Part shown: positions 50,011-63,689 of the stretch, piece after piece
Position numbering within the stretch: the first letter of the stretch is position 1
Layout: the number at the start of each line of letters is the position of its first letter
NCBI RefSeq assembly: GCF_036321535.1
Contig: NC_087437.1
Span: forward strand, 71,860,001-71,924,000
Direction: 5' to 3'
Length of the DNA: 64,000 nucleotides
Origin: Camelus dromedarius
Taxonomy: Eukaryota
Program-made: the position numbers and the translations under genes
Notes under the pieces: generated by a model
Databases searched by the model: none
What the model was told of the DNA's origin: nothing
What the model saw: only the letters and a program-made list of their open reading frames with translations

Positions 50011-53000
50011 TAAAGGTAAACTACACAAGATAGGGTTGTGCATGAATCAACGGTGAAGAAAATCGAGTTCTAACCTCTCTCCTAAGTGCCATTCCTGTCT
50101 TTCACTTTGCTTACTGGCATCTTCAATTGGTTATTTCATTAGCTCTTGAAACTCAAAATGTGGAAAACTGACTTTCCATTCATCTTCAAATGTGCTTAGC
50201 CTCCTTAATTCCAAATTTTTATAAATAGCCTTCATCTCCTCCAAGGCAGTTTTGTCTATACCTGGACTTCTAAAAGACTCTCTGTTTCCCCCTAATTTAG
50301 CTATTTGCCAAGTCTGACTTTCATCCCCTCAAAAAATGCATTTAGAAAGAGGCAGAGCCAGAATTTTGACCTCCATTGTTTGTTGCCACAGCCTACACTT
50401 TTAATCATCTCTGTGATACTGGCTCAAAGTGACCCCTAGGCAGTGACCTCCAGCATTGAGGCCTGAGGATTCATCTGCCCTTCCCAGCAGGGAAGCCGAG
50501 GCACCCACCTGCTCTCACCACAGCTCCTACCTTCTGTTGAGCACTGGCCTCTCCAAATCCAGGCTGCTGAGCATCCAGACCCACCCCCTAAAGTCCTGCC
50601 CAGTGTTCTGGCTTTGACAGAATTTGCCAGGCCTGTTGGACGGCTCTTCAGGCCACCCTGTAGGGAGGAGGCTACACTAGGCTCAGTGTTGGTGGGAATA
50701 AACAGCTCTTGTGAGCAGCTGGGATCAAGGTGGACTCTGCCAGATGGAATCCCTGGCTTTTTCTCTTCTTGGGCCCTGCTGAGCATCAGTCTCCAAGAGC
50801 AACCGTAGAGAACAGCCCCAGTGGGTTCCAACAGCAGCAATGGGGAGGGAGGCTGGGGCCAGCAGGGAGGAAGGGGGTTGCAAGCCTCAGCAGCCGCTTC
50901 TCTGCCTGGAGAAGTGAGTATTCCTAATAAGGGCACAGCAGTTCCTGTTTACAGTTGTTCCAAACATCCCTCACACCACAACCCATTGCGAAAGAGATGC
51001 CAAGGCCCAGCAACCTTTTCTGTTTAAAGCCTCCTCTGACTTCACAGCTGGTTAGTTCTGCAACCTTGCTGGATTCTGGCCCCTGCTCCCTTAGAGAACA
51101 GGCGTGTTCTCTCCAGGTCTCTTAGCTCCAGTTCTCTGCCCTCTTTTCCTTCTTTTGTGTGTACCCACATGGCTCCCCTGGTGAGTTTAAGCAAGTGAAC
51201 AATGAACACCTACAGACTGTCTGCAGAAATCATTAGCCTTTCTTCAGATGTCTGGTCACCAAACACAGGAATTCTTCAAAATGAAAAGTAGACAATTCCT
51301 AAGAGATTGCCTGTAAAGGGAATTTGTGTAATTCAAACCCTACAGCTTCAGGTCCCATGAGAGGAGGTGTTTCCTAACCGGCCCTGCCAGGCATCAGGAG
51401 GCAGAGGCAGCTTAGGAGATGAAGGGTCTCAGGATATAGAAGGGAGACGCCATCTATAGGAAAGTCGTCTTTTTTTAGGAAGCTTGGGGAAACCAACCCC
51501 CCCTGCCCCATTTTTTCCCTGAAATACTCAATAAACATTTACTAAGGATCTATAGTACAAAACTGTGCTGTTCCAGGACTGTTGTCTTTTGAGATTTTTA
51601 AAGAACTGATTCTTGACTACTAATTTCTTTTTTCTCCTTTCCTTTTATTCTCACTCTGTCTTTACTGCCTTCATCAAAGGGACCTAGCTCCCCCTCTAAG
51701 GATTGGGGCCATGTAAAAGCACTTTTGGTTGCAAGGAAGGAAGAGAAAGCTGTTACAGTGACCTCTGAGATAGCAGCTGGGCTCCAGAGTTATCTGTGTC
51801 TTGTGATGTCAGCTCTGCAGGTAATTAGCTCTGGGACTTGGAGTAAGGGGTGAAATTCTTAATCTACAGTGTAGAGGTCGAAACGGTTACCTCATAGAGT
51901 GGTGACGAGAATTAAATGAGATAATGTATATAAAACACTTAATATAGTTAGCATTTTAATAATCAATAAATTTTGGTAATTATTATTAGTATCATTGTCT
52001 CATCTAACTGGAACTCATATAAGAGCCTCATCTATCTGGAACTTAGCCCAAAACTAGAAAGTAAGTCAAAAGAAAAAGATCTCTGAGCAACTAAAATTAG
52101 TGTCTGTGGGCTGGAACCTAAATACTTTATTCACAGATGCGATTCTTATTTTGAGCCTATTTAAGATTGCATATAGATTTATATCAAGCTCACAGCAGAT
52201 GAGGAGCAGCAAATGAAACAGGGAAGCAGGTGGAGAGCATTAAAGTGTGAGAGCTGAATTCTGATGATTAGAAACTAGAACTATAGGATTAAGACATAAG
52301 AATTATAAGCACACAGAATCCAGGGGCATTTAGAATTGGATGAATGACTGAATACCCAATGGGTGATGGATTCTCTCTTGGGTTATTGGGCATACTGCTC
52401 AATTTCATCCTCACAGCACTCCTCCACAGTGTGTATTTTTATCTCTGATATTACAAAGGTAAACATGGAGGTTCACAGAGTTTAAGAAATTTGTCACAGA
52501 GCCAGGAAGGGGGCATACCTCAGAGCCTGCCTGCACTGAAAGTTCCCACATTTCTGATCCTCCACACTCTCTCCCATATGGTTTTTTTAGATCTCTAAAG
52601 GTCCCAATTCTGTCTGTCCATCCTTCCTCCCTCCCTCTCTTTCTTTCTTTCCTTTGTTCCTTCTACTCATCCACTTGATAACTGAAACAGTCCCTGACCT
52701 CAGGGTACTTAAAAAAAAAAGCTTTTTTTGAATGATTTTAGACTCACAAGAAGCTACAAAAATAGTCTGCACCCTTCTCCCAGCTTCCTCCAATGATATC
52801 ATTTTCCGTAAGTACAGTCCATTATCAAAGCAAAGACACTAATGTCTGTACAAGGCCATTAAATGGACTACAGACCTTATTTGGATTTCACTAGCGTTTT
52901 GCAGCATTCATTTCTCAAGGAACTTACAGTCTAGTATTTCGTTTATTATAGCATAGCTTGTAACTGGCATTCCTCAAGTGAAATCAAGTTCATATTTAAG

Positions 53001-53908
53001 AAGTTAAGAAAAGGTAGGTACATGCCTTTGGAAAAGACTGCATTCAAAATTACTGAAAGAGAGTTTTGGCACTTAAAGGGGTAAACCCTTTGCTCTCTGG
53101 AACATTTAGCTCTTTCAAACAATAAATTTTCCAAAGCATTCTAGATAGCCAGAGGTGATAGTCTATGATTTGTCTTCAGAATATGATGGAATTGGCTAAG
53201 TCCTTAGTGATATAGAAATCTTGTAAAGAATTTAGTCCATGTTCAAGGTGTCCATACTTAACTGTGCAGAGGTTTTCCCACCACGGTGCTCTTCAGTTTC
53301 CAAAATGCATCAGGACCCCACATTACAGTGTGGGCGGAATATCTGTAAGTCTGGCGATCTCCTCAATTCCTTCCATGTGTGCCATGGAATTTAAGTGCTG
53401 GACTCAGGCATTTCTGAATACAATTTTCCGTATGTAGATTCACCACTACCCACTGGAACACACACATCTGACCTAGCCTAGGGAGGTGTGAGATTACTCT
53501 TTTCTTTCACTTTGAGAACACTTAGAATGATCAAAAGTGAGACGCGTGGTCCGCCATTTCTGATCTAGGCGTGCTCAGACCAGGAGAGCCGACTGCTTCT
53601 GCTGGTCTCGTTATCAGGCAAGAACGGAGCCCCTTCGACAAGGGCTTTCATGTTCTCTCACCTCATTCTCCTCTCCTTTTTGCTACGTGTGTATGAACTT
53701 TCTAGGCAGCCATTTTTTTCCTCCCCAAATGAAGAAAGGCCTCCCTAGTGTTATCTTACAGAGACGTCCCACCAGGTTTAGCAGGGGGGTTCCAAATGGG
53801 CCCTGGCGTCTTCACTCTCAACTGCTTTCCTCCTCTGTAATCTTGATTTTTGCCAATATCATCACCATCCTCTGAGATGCTGAGACTTGAAACTTTAATC
53901 GCATCCTT

Positions 53909-54197
53909 TTTTTTTTTACTTTTTAAAAAAATTGAAATGTAGACAGTTTACAATGTTGTGTCAGTTTCTGGTGTACAGCACAATGCTTCAGTCATACATG
54001 TACATACATATATTTGTTTTCATATTCTTTTCCACTGTAAGCTACTACAAGATACCGAATATAGTTCCCTGTGCTATACGGTATAAACTTCTTTATCTAT
54101 TTTATATATACCAGTCAGTATCTGCAAATCTCAAACTCCCAGTTTATCCCTTCCCACCCCCTTCCCCCAGTAACCATAAGTTTGCTATGTCTGTGAG
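53909..54197 (-). mobile_element. 5'-truncated camelid/artiodactyl LINE-1
   Basis: Poly-T tail, L1 3'UTR, 15-bp TSD TTTAAT(C/T)GCATCCTT (53894-53908/54198-54212) with one CpG transition. Confidence 0.9.
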
Positions 54198-56747
54198 TTT
54201 AATTGCATCCTTAATTCTGCCTTGTCCTGTGCCCCTCACATCTGCTCAGGGCTCAGTGCTGTCCATTCCATCTCATGCTCACCTCTCCTTCTGTCCCATC
54301 GCTTCCATTCATACTCCCTTGAATCTTGGGCAAGTGGGAAGGAAGCTGGCTGCTCACCTTTGCCAGAGGATAAACTCTCTGAGGGTGGGGATGGCATCTT
54401 AGCCACCACTGTGGCTCTGTGTCAGCAGGCCCTCAGTGCTCTCTACTGAGTGGTCAGCTCAGAATCTGAGTATCGTTTCTGGAGGACTCATTCCCAGGCC
54501 GGGCTCTGCTCATTTTAGGCTGGGCTCCACGGTTGCAGAGGAGAAAGAATAATGGGGAGGCAGGCCAGGTGGCCTGGGGAACGTGGGCCCCCCTCTGCCT
54601 CTGCTTCTCACCACGTGCTTAGGGCACTGCTACCTGCTCAATGGCCACCTTCCATTCTTGGGTTACCCCAAACTTCCATGTCCTCATGCTGGCACAGGTG
54701 AGCCTGTTATCTGAGAGTTGATGGCTGTAGGTCCAGCTTTCCTATTACCTATTCTCAGCGACATGCAGTCACTCCTCATTCGACAACTATTCAATTCTTC
54801 TTTGTGTTGGGTGCACTGAAGTTTTTCTTCCACTAGAACCTCTTACATTCCCTATTGCTCACTCATTCATTGTGTTTATAGAGAACATTTATATGAAAAC
54901 ATTGTGTGTGTGTATCAGCACTGCTCTGAGACTCACTTCCCTCAGCCACTTCACTGTTTCACCTGTAAGTGAATCAGAACTCAGAGGCCAAAGTGGTGGC
55001 TCTCAGTTTTCAGGGCCAATTTTGGGTAAGGCCTTAACAGCGAACATAAGACATCCTGTGTTCCCTGCCTCATGCCCTGCCCTGAGCTCAATCAGATCAT
55101 TGAAAAGCCATCCCATAGAACTACATCTTTGAGCTGTATTCTGGTGGATTTTCTTTGCCAGGTACTTTCGAACTTCAAAAGTTGTCTCTAACACCCTAGG
55201 ATTTATGTCTTATTTGCTTAAGAAGATAATCAGGCCACAGCCAGGCATTTTGCAGGCTTATACATTGAACATGCAACTGGGGTACTGGTTGTAAAATATG
55301 CTTGGGAGTCTCCAGACAGATCAAGCTTTGTCACCATTGGGTACTGAAGGGTCACAGGTTCCAATCGAGTGTCACAGTGTGAGTCTGCCAAGCCGGAGAC
55401 ATTCTGCTCCACTTTACTTCACTGAAGAGACAGGGATGGGAGCCTGGACTGTGCTGGCTCTGAACCCCTGATGCCCTATGAAATCAGTGTTTGGAAAGGC
55501 CCTCAAGTCTTCTTATGTTAAAGGCAATGTGTTTTCGGAAAAACACAACTTCTTGTTTTTTATCCTGAAAGCAAGGTTTTTAAACCTCCCAGTAATGCTC
55601 ATAGAGTTTCTTAGAGCCTAAACAGGTCTTGCATAACAATATTTTGATGATTTAAGGGTAAGTAAATCAAAAGCATGTGCATTAAATGTCCCTTGAAATA
55701 GATGAGTTTTAAGATTACGGGGGGAAAGTGCTTGACAAAAGTCACCCTGGGTTTCCTGAAGCCCTGAATGTTCAAAAAATAGACAATCGATGATTTCCAA
55801 ACAAAACCAGGTTCTCCTGTCTCTGGGAGAACATTGGGAGCCAGTTTTCTGTATTTCCAAGATAAATGGTCTGCCTGATCCTGGAAAAGAAGAGCAGCCC
55901 TCACCCCACCTGTGTGCCCTACGATGTGAGCCGTCGTTTTCAGTGGAGAAACTGGAGTGAGGTAATGGCCACAGCCGCACAGCTAACCCCCTAGAGTGGC
56001 CTGATTTATAACTGCTTTGGGAGCCTCACAATATTACATCTCTTGATTTTGTACACACATAATGTCTCAGCCTTCCCACCCACAAACGTGTTAGGTGGTA
56101 TTAAAGATTTTTCCACTGGGGCATGTGAAACCTTGGCTTTGGTCCAAGCCAAAATTCAGCCAACCCTTGGGCCTTATAACTGAGGTCTAAATACAACTTG
56201 GCGTCATCCTAGGGTCTCTCAATCAATCAACTAATATTAAATGCCTATTGGAGCAAGGCAGTACCAAGATTGGTGGGGGGGCATGGAGGGGGAAGGACAT
56301 AAAAACAGTTCTGAAACTCAGAAGACAAAGTCTCAATTTTAAGTAGCTAATGATCTAGCTAAGGGGCTAAAACATGTGGGAAATTATCAAATGTCAGCGG
56401 GCAGGTACAGAGAAGGAATGCTGGACTCGGAAGGCTCTCTGAAAGAGGAGAGACTTTTGATGGGTCTTTAGGATTCAGCTGGTTCATTCTCTTGTGAAAA
56501 TCCCCTTGTGAACTGTTTACTGACCACCTGCTACATGCAATACACTGGGCTGGTACTGGGGATACAGAACTGAACCAGATAAGCCTGGTCCTTGGCCTTG
56601 GGCAACCTGCATTGAGTTAGGGAGATAAGCACTGAACAGCTAATTACATCATTTATCCTTAATTGTAACTGTGAGTGCTAAAAAGGAAGGGCAGGGTACT
56701 GGGAGATGCCTCTAACAGGGGTATTTGACCTGAGCTGAACTGTCCTA

Positions 56748-56888
56748 GATCCTTAAAGTGTGGCCCATCTACCAGTTTGTTATAAATGCAGAATCTCAGG
56801 CCCCTCCCTAGTCCTAGTGAATCAGAATCTGCATTTTTAACTCAATGCCAGGTGATTCTTAATGCATATTAGATTTCTAGAAGCAGCG
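56748..56888. mobile_element. MER5-family hAT MITE
   Basis: aaatgcagaatctcaggcccctcc...tgaatcagaatctgcattttt...ccaggtgattc. Confidence 0.7.
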
Positions 56889-58330
56889 TCAAGATAATAG
56901 AAGATGCAACAAGAGAGCAGAGGACTCCTGGGTCACACGCGTGTTAAAATACTTGGATTAATTAAATACCTGGAACAGACACCACTTTTCCTGGATGAGA
57001 GTTATACACCTGCATCAAATGTGGAGGGGTCTGTGTCTCTTGCGTAGATGTGGAAGGATACCCAAGGTCGGTTAACAGGCCACTCATCTTTGCATCTCCT
57101 GGGGGCCTCTTTGTCTACTTGGATCTTACTTGTCTACTGGGTCAGGATCCTTTCTTGTTCCAAAATAGGAGATCTGTTCTGTTTGGCATCAATATTTCCC
57201 TCCTGCTCCCCCTCACCTACTCTCAGTGCTGGCTAATGCTTTCCAGATGAGGTGCGAGCGGCTGCTAATTGTACCCGGATCAGTCTTGATTTGTGTTTCA
57301 GTCAGCAAGGCACCTCACTAATGGGTCTGAAACTTGGCAGTGGGCCTGGGACCAGTGTCAAAGGAAACAAGATCCAAAAGGCACACCGAGAAAGGCAAGG
57401 AGACAGGGAGTGGATAGAAAAGGTTTGGGGGATGAAAGGAGAGTGGGGGGAAATCAAAGGGACGGGAGGGAACTAGAGAGCTTTTGGGGGGAACAGATCT
57501 GGGAGAGCAGGGGAAGTTGGAGGAGGGGAGAGCGGCAAACCCAGGAAAAAGGTCGGGGAGGGGGCAAAGGGGATACGGCCTCTGTATCTCCGAGAGGAGG
57601 CACCATAACTGGACTGCACTTTGTGATGCGGTCCAAACGCTGATGATGCCTGTGGTGGCTATCTACCCAGCGACACCATTCATGGGGAGTGTCCAATAGG
57701 ACAGCCCCTCCTTTTTGCAAGCAGTAACGTGACGCCTCTCTGTTCTCTCTGGCCCCCCAGCTTTCCGAGGGCTTGGCAGGGAGCTCTGAACTCTGACAGC
57801 AGCCAGGCTCAAGTTCCAAGCCTGACAGAGTTGAGGGGCTCAGACACACCTTGGCTTTATGAGCTGAGGCCCCAGGAAGGGCCTCTCCTGGCTTGAGCTC
57901 CTGGAGCCTGATTTCCTGGAATCCAGTTGGAAAGGGGCCTGGTTAGGGGAAGCTGAGAACTGGGGCCTCAGGCCTTTCTGAATTGGACATGCTCATTGTA
58001 CTTATTTTAAAACAAAAACACCTCCATAAGAGGAGGAAATCCACTTGCCAATAGGAATTCCACATTGTCTGAGTTGGGGAGAACCCACATCACATACATG
58101 CAAGTGTGTGTGGGGACAACGGAGTGAGGGAAACAGGGGGGCGGGGGGGAGGGGGGCAGATCATCAAGGGCACAGGAACAGGGCACTGATGGAGACGAGT
58201 GGCAGACGGGCTGAACCCTGCTTTGGGCCCCAGCACAGCAGTGCCACACCCACCCCTGCCCGCAGCAAGAAACAAATAAACAAGCCTGTGTTTTGGAGTA
58301 AAAAATTAATACTTCAAAAAAAGCAGTTGT

Positions 58331-58828
58331 GTTCACACACAAAAGGTCCGCAGCAGTGCTATTCACAATAGCTGAAAGGTGGAAACCACCCAATTATCCA
58401 TCAACTGATGAAAAGATAAACAAAATGTGGTATATTCATATAATGGAATATTATCCAACTATAAAAAGAAATGAAGTACTAATGCATGCTACAACAATGC
58501 TGAACTTTGAAAACATTATGCAAAGTTAATGCAGCCAGACACAAAAGGCCACATATTGTATGACTTCCTTTATACGAAACAGCTAGAAACGGCCAATCCA
58601 TAGTGACAGAATGGTTTAGTTGTTGCTGGGGTGGGGGGAGGCGGAAATGGGGAATGACTATTTAACGGGCATGGAGTTTCCATTTGGGGTGATGCAAAAG
58701 TTCTGGAACTAGATGGTGGTGAGGGTTGCACAACATTGCGAATGTACTAAGTGACACTGAACTGCACACTTTAAAATGGCTAATTTTGTGTTGTGTGAAT
58801 TTTACAACTAAAAATGCAAAAAAAAAAG
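58331..58828 (+). mobile_element. L1MB-like 3' end
   Basis: ttcacaatagctgaaaggtggaaac...ataaacaaaatgtggtatattcatataatggaatatt...gccagacacaaaaggccacatattgtatga...actgaactgcacactttaaaatgg; A tail. Confidence 0.85.
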
Positions 58829-59200
58829 TATTGAAATAATCATCTTTGTAAAAATCTGAAAAAAACACCAATGTGTTCTTCCATCAACTTGTTTCATAGT
58901 TAGGTACTGCTTTTATTGTGATTCGCATTTGGAAGGGTGTTATTCTAATGTCTCTGTTTTAACGTGACCCTGAAAGGGAAAGTGAGAATAAGAAGTTCTA
59001 ATGAGGGAAGGAAAAGGGTGATGGAAAAAGAGGAGAAAAATCAAAGAAAGCCAGCTACCTAGAGGGCAGGAAATAAAAGAGCAGGGATGACTGCCAAAGA
59101 AGGTGGCCAGAATGAAGTGGGGAGAAATAACTTTATGATGTTTCACCTGGGAGTGAAAGAAACCTCAGACCTAAAAAGAAAGAAATGGAGAGCAAGGACA

Positions 59201-59372
59201 GGGGGTGGGTATAGGTCAGTGGTAGAGTGCGTGCTTAGCATGCACAGGGTTCTGGGTTCAATCCCCAGTGCCTCCACTAAAAATAATAAACTTAATTACC
59301 TTAGCCCCCAACAAACAAACAAAAAGGAAATAAATAAGTAAATTCAACCAAAAAATAAATAAATAAATAAAA
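59201..59372 (+). mobile_element. Vic-1-type SINE
   Basis: gggggtgggtataggtcagtggtagagtgcgtgcttagcatgcacagggttctgggttcaatccccagtgcctcc...cttaattacc plus A-rich tail. Confidence 0.9.
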
Positions 59373-59594
59373 GGGAGAGAGGAACTTGGAGGAACTAAAA
59401 GAGATTCTTAAGTCAAAACAACAGAACATGTCAATTCATCTCATGTCCCCTTTTATTTCCCATGAGATGAGCTCTTAGCCCTAAAAGGGGCACTAAGATC
59501 TGAGGGTGTGGGTCCTGTGGGGATAGTTCCCTCCTCTCTATAAAGTGACCCTTCTTAACTAAGGCCACTATCCCACAGTGTATGGCCTCCATAC

Positions 59595-59838
59595 CCTGCA
59601 GGCCCCATCCCGGGACATGACTAAGCAGAGACCAGAGAAGCCCCAGTCGGACACGCGGGAAGGAGAGCTGTGCTCCCAGCAGGCAGTCAGGCAAGATCAC
59701 TTCCGAAATCGCTCCCAATCCTGTGATCTTGTGTGTGAATGGTTCTACACCACGTGCAGGCACCTAACAAAAGGAGGCTGGTCAGTGGGTCACATCAGTC
59801 TGTGAGTGTTTACCTCACACAAGTGCTCTATTTAAAAG
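59595..59838 (-). promoter_or_regulatory. Candidate upstream promoter and first exon (minus strand)
   Basis: TATA/MEF2-like CTTTTAAATAG 59828-59838; FOX TGTTTAC 59807-59813; E-box CACGTG 59750-59755; CpG-retaining unique sequence; donor AGG|GTATGG at 59595. Confidence 0.3.
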
Positions 59839-60456
59839 TGGATTTGCTGGAGGGACTGACAAGGCCTCGTCCCGTGGAGAGCTGTCAGATGCAAGTGCTG
59901 AGGTTGAGGCTGTAACTTTCTGACATTACATCCAGGTCGATGGGACGTAAGGATTTTTAAAAATAAATTTTAAATGCGAAAATACACATAATAAGGATGA
60001 AAATAAAAGTCACCTATATTGCCACCACTTTGGGAGCTATAGCTATGCATAATTACCTATACTTAGAACACACAATTATACTGAACATACTGTTTCATGT
60101 AAGTATCCTTCTAGGTCATTAAACAGTCGTCGACACCATTATTACGACTTGTGTGCGTACGTGAACACACACAAGTGTGTTCACAAACTTCATGATAAAA
60201 AGAAAACAGGGAGACAGGAGCAAGCTGGTGATTCTGGGCAGGTAGTATGGCTTATTTTTGCCAAAGAAAGCACAGAAGTTGCACCCGGTTTTGCAAAAAC
60301 CATCAGTGTTTGGGAAGGATCCTGAGGACAATAAGGTGCATGTTATGGTAGGGACTGTAACTTCAGCTTCGGTGCTGGAGTGAAGACAGAATGGACCTAT
60401 TGCCAGGCATGGTGGGCATGTAGCATGAGCAGGAAATAAACCTTTGTGTTGTAAGC

Positions 60457-60460
<4 letters not shown>

Positions 60461-60504
<44 letters not shown>
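60461..60504. repeat. (CA)22 microsatellite
   Basis: Read directly; follows a short MLT1-like end (aaataaacctttgtgttgtaagcca). Confidence 0.97.
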
Positions 60505-60507
<3 letters not shown>

Positions 60508-61229
60508 CAAAATGTACAAGTGACAAGACCACTGCATTTTATAAGACTTCAAGGAAGGGCACCTGTGGAAGAAATCACCTTATGGAATCTGAGTTCCTCC
60601 CTTGTGTATGTCTGCTAATGCATCTGAATCTTAGGAGAAGTGTAGGGTTTTCCAGATGGAGCCTATAAACTCTCTAGACAGAGCCCATTCTTTAGCTGGA
60701 TGGGGACTTGGAGAGATGTCTCACTTCCTCTGCAGGGAAAAAGCTTGCAAAGGCCTGCTGGTCCCTTGTCCCAGGTGGAAGATGGACGAAGCAGGTGTCC
60801 TCCTAGGCTCTGTTAAGCAAAGGCCTGGTCTATGAAGAGGCTGGCAGCAAGAATCCAGGGACTAGGAAGCCAACGCTGTTTTCTGAATACTGGAGCCACA
60901 GCCACTTACTAGCACAAGATGCAACTCAAGCAGGAAGCCAAGGCAACCCCCACGTGCAAGGCTGCACCTGCCATCATCCAGATGAGGAAGACACTGATCA
61001 CTGGCCTGAGATTTGCAGCCTTATGTCTTTCTCCCCACTTCAGGCCCCTCTGCAGCCCAAGACAACACAATCAGCAGTTGAAGGACACAACTGCTGTTCC
61101 TGTAACTGGGGGCTCGAGGGGCACAATCTTTCACAGGCTAGGAGGTAAGCGCAGCACCAGAGAATCACATTGACGCGTCGGCACAGAGTCTTCCAGGCCT
61201 CCCAGTAACCTGGCGACTATGTGATCCTC

Positions 61230-61825
61230 CAGTGGTCTCTTACTACACTCAGACTGAATTCCTCAATCCTTGTGATGATCTGCCAAGCCCTTTGTGGCCT
61301 GAATCAAGACCTCCCCTCCAACCTTTGTGATCTTATCCCCTATGACGTCACCCTCGCTCACTTGTTTCCAGCCATCGGGGCTTTCTTGTGGCATCAGCTC
61401 ACTCCCGCCTGCCTCTGGGCTTACTGCCCTTTGCCTGGGATGCTCCTCCCTCTGTGTTTGCCTGACTCCCTCTCTCACTTCATTCTAGTTCTGCCCAAAT
61501 GTCACATCATTACCATCGAAGCATTCACTGTCCACCCTGTCAGGAAGAGCATTCTCCCTCCATCACTTAACTATCTATTCACAGCAGGGATAAGTGCTCA
61601 CAGAGCCGTGGGAGGGAACAGACAGACTTGGCATGGACAGAGGGTGTATATACATACATAATTATAGAAATATATAACACGTAGATATCTTGGTTATCAT
61701 CTGTCACCCCCACTAGAATACAGGTACCATGAGAGCAGGGACTTGGTTTTGTTCCCTGCTGTATCCCTGGCACCTTAAACAGTATCCGGCACACAAGGTT
61801 CAGTGGACAGTGGTGGAATGAATAA
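61230..61825 (+). mobile_element. L2 3' remnant
   Basis: cccccactagaatacaggtaccatgagagcagggacttggttttgttccctgctgtatccctggcacc...ggcacacaagg...gaatgaataa. Confidence 0.7.
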
Positions 61826-63229
61826 ACAGCCACTCTTTCCTTTCCCGCCGGCTGATTACCTTTACCTTTCAGTCCACAACTTAGAGCCATCTCTCTCAGG
61901 TCTCTTGATCTCTACTTCTATGGTCACTGCCATAGTTTCAGATAGAAAATGTCTTCAAACCACCTGAATTTCAACTCAAGAGACAACAGACGGACCTGCC
62001 TGTAGAATTCCCTACCACCTCTTCCTCATAGATCGTGAGTCCCCTAACTAAAATGAATCCCCTTTTCTTTCTACTCCATCAGAAATAGGTGGGGCTCTCT
62101 TACAACCAGTGAGGCTAGCCATGTCTCACATGCATGGTAACTAATGCCCCAAATGTTACATGACCTTATCAGATACGTCCGGCTGCTGACTGTGCAGGGC
62201 AGAGGGAGAAGAGTATCTCCAGGCCCGACCATCCTGGCTCTCACACAGAGCTGTTTCTATGACTATAATGAACCCTCTCTATCCTTCAGCCCCCACTTCT
62301 AACTCTACCCCAAGACTCTATGTCCATGATGTAGTCCATGAGACAGACTCGAGATGACCTGGCCTCCTGGCACTCAGATCTCCTAATTCTGATTTCTGTG
62401 GCTGCCCACCCATCACTCTGTTCTGCTGGACACCAAGCAGCCCCACCATTGACCTCCCTATAGCCCAAGCCCTGCGAGCTCTTGATGACTGAGGCTAGTG
62501 TCCTCAGAGTGACTGATGTAGGACCCAACGTCAGCAGAGCTCTGACCACTCCTCTCAGTTTAGAAACTTGTGTAGGCAGGACATTAGCTCAAAATGCCCT
62601 AAAAAATGAGAAATCCTTAAAGCCTGAGTGGTGCTCCTTGGAAGTAAGTCAAGGCACTCTGTAGCCAAGTTTGGGTTCATAAGTGGCCAGCTTCTCTGCT
62701 CTTCCAAGGTTGTAAGGACACTGGGAAGGGGGCTGTTGCTTCTGGAAACTCAGATGCTGCCCTCTTGGCAACTGGTGGAGGGCTTTCTAATCCTGCAGGA
62801 GGGCAGCTTTACCTATTCAGGTGCCTTTCTGGGATTTTGGCCCCATCTGAAGGAGGGAGCTGTGACCCATAAGGCTGGGAGGATGTGACTGGGGAAAACA
62901 GAAGGGGCAGAATGGCTCTAGCTTATTATAGGTGCCTGATTGTACATGTCTAAGCTTGGCTCCCTCTCCAGCCCTGCTCACCTAGGAATGGTGACTGAAT
63001 CACTCCCCCTACCCCTGCTTCCAGAAATGCAGTGTATTGGGGGATCTTTTTTTAGCTGCAATGAGTTTTGCTGTAACTCCAGAATGCCAGAATCTTTATC
63101 TTTGAGGAAAAACAGTAGCAACAACATGATGTAAACAGGAAGCATGTGGATGTCCAGCAGAAGACATGCCACTATGATATGCAGAGGTGAAGAAAGTCAT
63201 GTTTTTTTTTAATTCTCAGATATTACCTC

Positions 63230-63371
63230 TTTTTTTCTTTTTTTTTGGGAGGGGGGTAATAAGATTTGTTTGTTTGTATATTTGTTTGTTTATTAACGGA
63301 GGTACTGGGGATTGAACTCAGGACCTCGTGCATGCTAAGCACGCACTCTACCACTGAGCTATACCCTGCCC
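63230..63371 (-). mobile_element. Vic-1-type SINE
   Basis: ggaggtactggggattgaactcaggacctcgtgcatgctaagcacgcactctaccactgagctataccc with T-rich tail. Confidence 0.9.
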
Positions 63372-63689
63372 ACCAACAAAGTCAAACAATTATGCACACA
63401 TGTCATCAAAGCATTTTAGAATCGTCCTTTCACTTTCACACACACCTAGCCTGTGGAGCTTTGGGCCTGTGTGTTCACCTACAGCAGACAAACGGATGGA
63501 ATGGCTGTCAGAATAAGTCCAAGCCCTCTTACCTAGCAAAACAACCAGGAGCAGCAAGTGGAGAGGATCTGAACACAGATTCTCACCTGACCCCTCCGCC
63601 ATCTGCTTTGATTCCTGATCATTCTCCAACTTGCACCAGTCACATAAGAAACAACTGATTGACATTCAATATAGTGTATGATCAAGAAG

